Shown: positions 26,355 to 32,000 of the stretch, one piece after another
Numbering within the stretch: the stretch's first letter is position 1
Layout of the letters: each line of letters opens with the position of its first letter
From: Nitrosomonas europaea
Lineage (GTDB): Bacteria > Pseudomonadota > Gammaproteobacteria > Burkholderiales > Nitrosomonadaceae
Length of the DNA: 32,000 nucleotides
Assembly (NCBI RefSeq): GCF_900167395.1
Contig: NZ_FUWK01000024.1
Location: forward strand, 13,869 to 45,868
Direction: 5' to 3'
The notes under the pieces: generated by a model
What the model was told of the DNA's origin: nothing
What the model saw: only the letters and a program-made list of their open reading frames with translations
Databases searched by the model: none
Program-made: the position numbers and the translations under genes

Positions 26355-27077
26355 ATGACTCAACTCAATACACAACCATCTGACTCAGGCTTGTTCCCGT
26401 TACCACTCAAAGCCATCATCATCGATCTGGATGGCACCCTGCTCGACACTGCACAAGATCTGGCACTGGCCGCCAATGAAATGTTGCGTGAGCTGCGTAT
26501 GGCGGAACTGCCATCATCGACCATCCAAACTTTCATTGGCAAGGGCGTTCCCAAGCTCGTCAAGCGCACACTCACCAACAGCCCGGATGGCGAACCGGAT
26601 CCCGAACTCTTCGAACAAGCGCTACCGATTTATGAACGTTGTTATGCGGAAAATCTGCATGTACATACACGCCCTTATCCCGGTGTCGTCGAAGGACTCG
26701 AACAACTCAAGCAGAGTGGATTCCGCCTGGTCTGCATTACCAACAAAACCGAAATTTTCACCCTGCCGTTGCTGCACAAAACCGGCCTGCTGGATTATTT
26801 CGAACTGGTATTATCGGGCGACAGCCTGCCGAAGAGAAAACCGGATCCACTGCCATTGCTGCATGCCTGCAAACACTTCGACATATTGCCCAAAGCCGCA
26901 TTGCTGATCGGTGATTCATCAAACGACGCCATTGCTGCACGTGCAGCGGGTTGCCATATTTTTTGTGTACCTTATGGCTATAACGAAGGGCATGATGTGC
27001 GTGAGCTCGATTGCGATGCAGTAGTCGATACCATCGTGGATGCCACCCGGTTGATCACCTACCAGCACGACACTTGA
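26355..27077 (+). CDS. gph: Phosphoglycolate phosphatase (HAD superfamily)
   Basis: HAD motifs are present: IIIDLDGTLLDT, ITNK, GDSSNDAIAARAAG. It sits in the conserved rpe-gph-trpE order. I chose ATG 26355. The ORF-track start at 26199 lies inside rpe in another frame and is not supported. Confidence 0.9.
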   Translation: MTQLNTQPSDSGLFPLPLKAIIIDLDGTLLDTAQDLALAANEMLRELRMAELPSSTIQTFIGKGVPKLVKRTLTNSPDGEPDPELFEQALPIYERCYAENLHVHTRPYPGVVEGLEQLKQSGFRLVCITNKTEIFTLPLLHKTGLLDYFELVLSGDSLPKRKPDPLPLLHACKHFDILPKAALLIGDSSNDAIAARAAGCHIFCVPYGYNEGHDVRELDCDAVVDTIVDATRLITYQHDT

Positions 27078-27180
27078 TCAGCTTACGGCAGACTTTCGCT
27101 GGCCGCAGCAACCTCGATTTTTATCGACCGGTAAAGCTTCATCTCATTAACCCGACCATTTCAGCAATACCTTGTTTTCC

Positions 27181-28668
27181 ATGAATCATTGCATAACTGA
27201 AAGTGAATTCAACGATCTGGCAGCACAAGGCTATAACCGGATACCTCTGGTGCTGGAAACATTCGCTGATCTGGATACGCCCCTCTCCATTTACCTCAAG
27301 CTGGCGAACCAGCCTTATTCCTATTTACTGGAATCGATCCTGGGAGGGGAGCGGTTCGGGCGTTACTCGGTCATCGGATTACCTGCAGAAATACGGCTGG
27401 AAGCATGTTCCAGCCGTGTTCGCGTCATCAGTGGCAATGAAACGAAGGAAGAAATCGATACCAGCGACGTGCTGGGTTTCATTGGCACCTTCCTGAACCG
27501 GTTCAAGGTAGCACCCCATGCGGAATTGCCTCGTTTCAGCGGAGGACTGGCCGGGTATTTTTCCTACGATACCATTCGTTACATCGAGCCAAAACTAGCA
27601 GGGCATGCACGGCCGGATACGATACAAACACCGGATATTCTGTTACTGCTGTCGGAAGAACTGGTTGTCATGGACAATCTCTCCGGCAAGCTTTACCTGA
27701 TCATCTATACCGACCCGACACTGGAAAATGCCTATCAGACCAGCAAAAATCGGCTCCGGGAATTGCTGCACAAACTGCGAGAGCCGCTCTCGATACCAGT
27801 CGAGAAATCTACTTCCTCCAAAGTAGCTGTGAGTGAATTTCCCGAAGCCGACTTCATTGCCGCAGTGGAAAAAGCCAAGCATTACATCCTGGAGGGCGAC
27901 ATCATGCAGGTTGTCCTCTCGCAGCGTACCAGCAAACCCTACTCTGCTTCACCATTGGCACTGTATCGTGCGCTGCGCAGCCTCAACCCATCACCCTATA
28001 TGTTCAATTATCATCTGGGAAATTTTCATATCGTTGGCGCCTCACCGGAAATTCTGGTCAGACTGGAAAAGGATACAGTTACCGTCCGTCCAATTGCCGG
28101 TACCCGACCACGTGGCCAGGATACCCAGGCTGACCTGGCACTGGCGGCAGATTTGCTGGCCGATCCCAAGGAGCGGGCGGAACATATCATGCTGATGGAT
28201 CTGGGACGCAACGATATCGGCCGGGTTGCCCAGACCGGTAGCGTAAAAGTCACTGAGAACATGCAGATAGAATATTATTCGCATGTCATGCACATTGTTT
28301 CCAATGTTGAAGGAAAGCTCAAATCGGGTTTGAATGCGATCGACGTACTACGCGCCACCTTCCCTGCGGGTACCGTCAGCGGCGCACCCAAAGTCAGAGC
28401 AATGGAAATCATCGATGAGCTGGAAATCTCCAAGCGCGGTATTTATGCTGGCGCAGTCGGTTATCTCGAATTCAATGGCGACATGGACTTGGCCATCGCA
28501 ATCCGTACCGGCCTGATCAAGGACGGCATACTGCATGTGCAGGCGGGAGCTGGTATCGTAGCTGACTCTGTTCCACAAAGTGAGTGGACCGAAACCTGCA
28601 ACAAAGCGAGGGCTGTCCTGCGAGCGGCAGAAATTGCCGAGAATGGCCTGGACAGTACGATCACCTGA
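27181..28668 (+). CDS. trpE: Anthranilate synthase component I
   Basis: About 495 aa with LLES motif ([18 protein letters not shown]), chorismate-binding core ([57 protein letters not shown]). I preferred ATG 27181 over TTG 27172. No trpG follows. Confidence 0.9.
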   Translation: MNHCITESEFNDLAAQGYNRIPLVLETFADLDTPLSIYLKLANQPYSYLLESILGGERFGRYSVIGLPAEIRLEACSSRVRVISGNETKEEIDTSDVLGFIGTFLNRFKVAPHAELPRFSGGLAGYFSYDTIRYIEPKLAGHARPDTIQTPDILLLLSEELVVMDNLSGKLYLIIYTDPTLENAYQTSKNRLRELLHKLREPLSIPVEKSTSSKVAVSEFPEADFIAAVEKAKHYILEGDIMQVVLSQRTSKPYSASPLALYRALRSLNPSPYMFNYHLGNFHIVGASPEILVRLEKDTVTVRPIAGTRPRGQDTQADLALAADLLADPKERAEHIMLMDLGRNDIGRVAQTGSVKVTENMQIEYYSHVMHIVSNVEGKLKSGLNAIDVLRATFPAGTVSGAPKVRAMEIIDELEISKRGIYAGAVGYLEFNGDMDLAIAIRTGLIKDGILHVQAGAGIVADSVPQSEWTETCNKARAVLRAAEIAENGLDSTIT

Positions 28669-28677
28669 AAACATACT

Positions 28678-28699
28678 ACAAAAACCCGAAGAACGGGTT
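28678..28699 (-). terminator. Candidate intrinsic terminator (minus strand) between trpE and the DUF2231 operon
   Basis: The minus strand reads AACCCG-UUCUU-CGGGUU followed by UUUGU, a 6-bp stem plus a run of 5 U. It lies 68 nt past the DUF2231 stop. On the plus strand the same hairpin lies 15 nt after the trpE stop but lacks a U tract. Confidence 0.4.
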
Positions 28700-28767
28700 C
28701 AGCACCTTCCCTCAGCCGTTCATTCAGCACACCAGCGCCAATACAAAATTATTATTACCTGACTCAG

Positions 28768-29193
28768 TCAGGGTTGACTGGAACGGGTACCCACGCCATA
28801 TTCATAAACAAGCTTGCCTCCCAGCCAGCCCCCGATACAGAGAACGATCAACCCTGCAACAGACATGGCAACGGCAACCATGCCCGGCTGACCCAAACGG
28901 GTTCCATCCAGTCTCAGAAACAGACTGACTGCATAAAACGACCAGCTGGCCATCATCAGCATCATGTGTTGATTGGCAACCTTCATGGCCGGACTCTGCT
29001 GATCAATTTTTCCAAGTTCCATCAGACCCGCCACCATGGCAAGCAATGTGGTGATCGTACCGATAACGAGCAGCACCCCAGCCACCCGACTGACTTGCTC
29101 GTCCATGAACAAGCTGGCAATATCTCCCAGCGTTGCAAGAAACAAGGTCGCAACAGGAAAATGAACCAGCATCGGATGAATGGGGTGTCTCAT
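28768..29193 (-). CDS. DUF2231-type integral membrane protein
   Basis: 141 aa with 4 predicted TM helices. The N-terminus MRHPIHPMLVHFPVA matches the HP.HP.LVHFP signature I associate with DUF2231. The C-terminus is GGWLGGKLVYEYGVG. An AGGAGAG RBS is present. It starts 22 nt after the upstream small membrane gene. Confidence 0.7.
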   Translation of the reverse strand: MRHPIHPMLVHFPVATLFLATLGDIASLFMDEQVSRVAGVLLVIGTITTLLAMVAGLMELGKIDQQSPAMKVANQHMMLMMASWSFYAVSLFLRLDGTRLGQPGMVAVAMSVAGLIVLCIGGWLGGKLVYEYGVGTRSSQP

Positions 29194-29215
29194 ATCAATC
29201 TCTCCTTTTCGGAAC

Positions 29216-29554
29216 TTACAACAATACGCTCAACAGCGTGAGAAAGCCCGCAACTGCCACACCAGCATGAATGAAGACGACGCCCTTAGGCGCTATCGCT
29301 GATTTTGCATGGAGTGAAGCAAGATAAAATCCCCCCAATGCAGCCACGACCAGCAGAGCCAGTGCAGCAGTCAGACGATTGTTTTCCGGTCCTTCCATTA
29401 TCACCAGTATCAGTGTTACCAATCCTGCTGCACCCAGCAAAGCATGTACGATGGAAACAGGCCATGGAGCCAGCTTACCAGCAAGCACCTTGGAAGCCAG
29501 AAATACCCCCCCTAATGCAGCAATTGCAAAAATCAGAATTGAAATATTCAACAT
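29216..29554 (-). CDS. Small 4-TM membrane protein with internal 2-TM duplication, hypothetical
   Basis: I chose ATG 29554 (GGAGGAG lies 7 nt upstream), giving 112 aa. The two halves align at 18 of 49 identities (AALGG, LAS, AP, xxH-A, AG, TL), each with a conserved His in its second helix. No family recognised. Confidence 0.6.
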   Translation of the reverse strand: MLNISILIFAIAALGGVFLASKVLAGKLAPWPVSIVHALLGAAGLVTLILVIMEGPENNRLTAALALLVVAALGGFYLASLHAKSAIAPKGVVFIHAGVAVAGFLTLLSVLL

Positions 29555-29591
29555 CTCAGTCTCCTCCTCTTTTTTTACCGAGAGGATTCCA

Positions 29592-29624
29592 CTATACTGC
29601 AAGTTAAAATACTTTCGCAATATA
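29592..29624. promoter_or_regulatory. Divergent promoter / imperfect inverted repeat between the membrane-protein operon and the regulator gene
   Basis: TATACTGCA (29593-29601) and TCGCAATATA (29615-29624) form an imperfect inverted repeat, 7 of 9 positions, with a 13-nt spacer. On the minus strand, TTGCGA (29620..29615), 17 nt, then TATAGT (29597..29592) forms a plausible sigma-70 promoter for the 29554 gene. Confidence 0.3.
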
Positions 29625-29662
29625 AATATGTCAAAACTTGGAATAACGGTTCATCATAAGTC

Positions 29663-30319
29663 ATGAAATCTGCCTTGTCGTTGCTGGGAGAACGCCAGCA
29701 ATCCCTGCTCACCGCCCTGCTGCATCATCGTAAAGGGCTAACGGTAGAAGAATTATCCAGTCTGCTGACTATTTCCCGTAATGCCGTCAACCAGCATCTT
29801 ACTCATCTGGGCAGCAGCGGTTTCATTCAGAGTGCCTTGCAGGAAAGCACTGGCGGCAGGCCGGGCCGGGTATACACGCTGACACCCAATGGCCTGGAGC
29901 TGTTCCAGCGACGATACTCATTTCTGGCAAAGCTGCTGCTTTCCTGGATAGACAAAAACATGGGCGAACATGAGCTTGATGTTTGTTTGACCGAGCTTGG
30001 CAAAGAAATGGCAAGCGGGCTGGAACATCGCCTTACGCAGCATACCTCCCGCAGCGACAAACTTCAGGAAGCCATTACCATCATGAGCGAGCTTGGTTAC
30101 GATACCGAAATATATCGGATATCAGAAAATCAGGCAGAAATCGTTGCAAATAATTGTGTTTTTCAGGAACTCGCCCAGCAGCATCAGGAATTTTGCAAGC
30201 TCGACATCAGTTTCCTGAAGCATCTGCTGAAAGCCGATATCGAACATACGGAATGTATCGTCAGAAATGGAAAATATTGCCGCTTCAGAATAACCAGCCC
30301 TGACGAATCCGGATCCTGA
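29663..30319 (+). CDS. ArsR-type winged-helix transcriptional regulator with Cys-rich C-terminal domain (COG2345-like)
   Basis: 218 aa. N-terminal wHTH (RQQSLLTALLHHRKGLTVEELSSLLTISRNAVNQHLTHLGSSGFIQ...GGRPGRVYTLT). The C-terminal domain carries four Cys and a His in NNCVF...EFCKLD...HTECIV...KYCRF. Confidence 0.75.
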   Translation: MKSALSLLGERQQSLLTALLHHRKGLTVEELSSLLTISRNAVNQHLTHLGSSGFIQSALQESTGGRPGRVYTLTPNGLELFQRRYSFLAKLLLSWIDKNMGEHELDVCLTELGKEMASGLEHRLTQHTSRSDKLQEAITIMSELGYDTEIYRISENQAEIVANNCVFQELAQQHQEFCKLDISFLKHLLKADIEHTECIVRNGKYCRFRITSPDESGS

Positions 30320-30422
30320 TCCTATCTGCGACAAATGGCAGCATTTTTATCCAAACATCGTAAATCTGAATAAAAAGTTCATGTCTTCCTGATCGATAGA
30401 ACAACCAGCAGGAGATCACTCT

Positions 30423-31604
30423 ATGCATCCATCTCGATACAACAGAACCGGCACCTCACTATTCCTGATATTCAGCCTGCTCGCTGCCACTTCAGCTTCT
30501 GCCGAAGAAACCGGGTTAATCAACACGCTGACCGGCTACAACATCAATGAAATCACGCCTGCCCCATCAATCAAACTGAAATTTAGAGGATGGGTGGAAG
30601 CCGGCTTTACCGGCAATCCCGGGGATCCACATAATCGTTCGAACTTCCCGGTGGCATTCAATGATGGTGCCAACCAGTTCAATCTCCACCAGGTTTATGC
30701 CTATATCGAAAAAGAAATAGATCCCGGCAGAAATTCGTGGGATATCGGCATGCGCGCCGACCTTTTGTACGGTACAGATGCAAAATTTGTCAAAACTTCC
30801 AGTTTCGACTCAACCATTCTGGGAGATAACCCGAAACATCAACTGGTATTTCCTCAACTGTATGTCAACCTGTATGCACCGATCGGGAATGGTGTGAGCA
30901 TGTCGATCGGTCATTTTTATACGATTATCGGGTATGAGTCTCCGATGTCACCCAACAATTTCTTTTTCTCACACGCCTACACCATGCGGTACGCTGAACC
31001 TTTTACACACATGGGTATCATGCTTTCCTATCCGGTCAATGACAATCTCACCATCAAGAGCGGAGTTGTTACCCGATGGGATGCCTTTTCCAGGCACTCT
31101 CCTGACTATCTGGGAGGGCTGAATTACATCACCGATGACAGAAAAACCATGCTTTCCGCATCACTGATCACGGGTGATGTAAAAACCGGCCCTCTGAACC
31201 ATGACCATAATCGTACGATGTACAGCATCGAGCTGGAACGAAGTATCACTGATAAACTGCATTACGTGGTACAACATGACTTCGGAATTGAAGCGGGAAC
31301 ACCGAATTCTTCCTCCGCTACATGGTATGGAATCAATCAGTACCTTCTGTACGATATTTCAAACCAGCTTGGGGCAGGATTGCGTTTTGAATGGTTCCAC
31401 GACCAGAACGGAACCCGTGTAATGGGTGATGGCAACGATGAGGATTTCATCGGTGTTACAGCAGGATTAAACTACAAACCCATCGCCGGAATCACGTTAC
31501 GTTCTGAAGTTCGCTACGATCTGGCAGTTCATCATGACATATTCAGGGATGGCACAGACAATGACCAAATACTGCTTTCGGGCAGTGCCATCCTGCATTT
31601 CTAA
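30423..31604 (+). CDS. Outer-membrane beta-barrel protein (porin-like, possibly OmpL/BBP2-type)
   Basis: 393 aa with a signal peptide ending SASAEE, alternating-hydrophobic beta-strand pattern, frequent aromatic girdle residues, and a terminal ...SGSAILHF (C-terminal Phe). AGGAGA RBS is present. The sub-family assignment is tentative. Confidence 0.7.
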   Translation: MHPSRYNRTGTSLFLIFSLLAATSASAEETGLINTLTGYNINEITPAPSIKLKFRGWVEAGFTGNPGDPHNRSNFPVAFNDGANQFNLHQVYAYIEKEIDPGRNSWDIGMRADLLYGTDAKFVKTSSFDSTILGDNPKHQLVFPQLYVNLYAPIGNGVSMSIGHFYTIIGYESPMSPNNFFFSHAYTMRYAEPFTHMGIMLSYPVNDNLTIKSGVVTRWDAFSRHSPDYLGGLNYITDDRKTMLSASLITGDVKTGPLNHDHNRTMYSIELERSITDKLHYVVQHDFGIEAGTPNSSSATWYGINQYLLYDISNQLGAGLRFEWFHDQNGTRVMGDGNDEDFIGVTAGLNYKPIAGITLRSEVRYDLAVHHDIFRDGTDNDQILLSGSAILHF

Positions 31605-31689
31605 TTTTCCAAATGTACTCTGCCTGACTGGGCACTTACTGCTTCACACTCACTTCTGAACCGTCCCGACAATCGAGGAGGCTATTTGG

Positions 31690-32000
31690 TTAAAGTAAAA
31701 TATCCATCAATGTCTTATTATCCTGGGTTTGTCGGTAGTTTTCTTCAGCCTGAGCTGGAGGAATATACCCGATAGATCCAAGCAGGCGTTGATGGTTATA
31801 CCAGGCAACCCATTCCAAAGTTGCCAGCTCCACAGCAGCCCTGGTTTTCCAGGGAGCTCTCCTGTGTATCAGTTCAGCCTTGTACAGGCCATTGATCGTT
31901 TCAGCCAGCGCATTATCGTAACTGTCACCGCGACTGCCGACAGACGGTTCAATACCGGCTTGTGCCAGACGTTCGGTATAACGGATCGACACGTATTGCG
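31690..32000 (-). mobile_element. IS3-family insertion sequence, 3' part of transposase OrfB (integrase core), running off the window
   Basis: The translation ..QYVSIRYTERLAQAGIEPSVGSRGDSYDNALAETINGLYKAELIHRR...LEWVAWYNHQRLLGSIGYIPPAQAEENY is the typical C-terminal rve/DDE region of IS3-family OrfB. The frame is open to position 32000. A possible element terminus beginning TGAACCGTCCCGAC sits at 31657 (IS3 ends typically start with TG), but I cannot confirm it without the other end. Confidence 0.85.

Noticed and set aside
27078-27180. A trp leader peptide or attenuator upstream of trpE.
   Set aside because: The 100-nt spacer has no short ORF with tandem Trp codons and no alternative hairpin set.

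Overview
This is a chromosomal, mostly housekeeping window of roughly 50% GC. Gene content and order look like a betaproteobacterial chemolithoautotroph. My guess is a Nitrosomonas-like ammonia oxidiser, which is an inference I cannot verify without a database search. I support about 33 protein-coding genes, one tRNA, one frameshifted pseudogene, two insertion-sequence remnants or edges and a few small repeats and regulatory sites.

Gene order, left to right:
- 3' end of a TonB-dependent receptor, then a PiuC/YbiX-type Fe(II)/2OG hydroxylase, then an FMN-dependent alpha-hydroxyacid oxidase
- pgsA
- frameshifted glpK
- rnk
- phoB, with a PHO box and no adjacent phoR
- tRNA-Ser(GCU)
- lysC
- acidic peptidoglycan-binding lipoprotein
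- ackA-xfp (phosphoketolase), convergent with tal
- di-haem cytochrome c peroxidase-family gene
- FecI/FecR/TonB-dependent transducer trio
- DAACS symporter
- small ORF plus a stand-alone S4 (rpsD-like) gene
- pirin, with a transposase HTH remnant fused upstream
- DUF3617-like protein
- small membrane protein
- pepP
- rpe-gph-trpE
- divergent cluster of a DUF2231 membrane protein, an internally duplicated 4-TM protein, an ArsR-type Cys-rich regulator and an outer-membrane beta-barrel
- edge of an IS3-family element

I found no CRISPR array, rRNA, prophage or recognisable defence system, and no compelling large novel system. The most interesting items are:
- a 49-nt promoter-like element duplicated upstream of both the peroxidase-family gene and fecI
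- a roughly 210-bp MITE-like inverted-repeat element between xfp and tal
- the non-operonic, cyanobacterial/plastid-type S4 homologue with a leading small ORF
- the uncharacterised membrane/regulator/porin cluster at 28.8-31.6 kb
- the glpK frameshift in a T5 run
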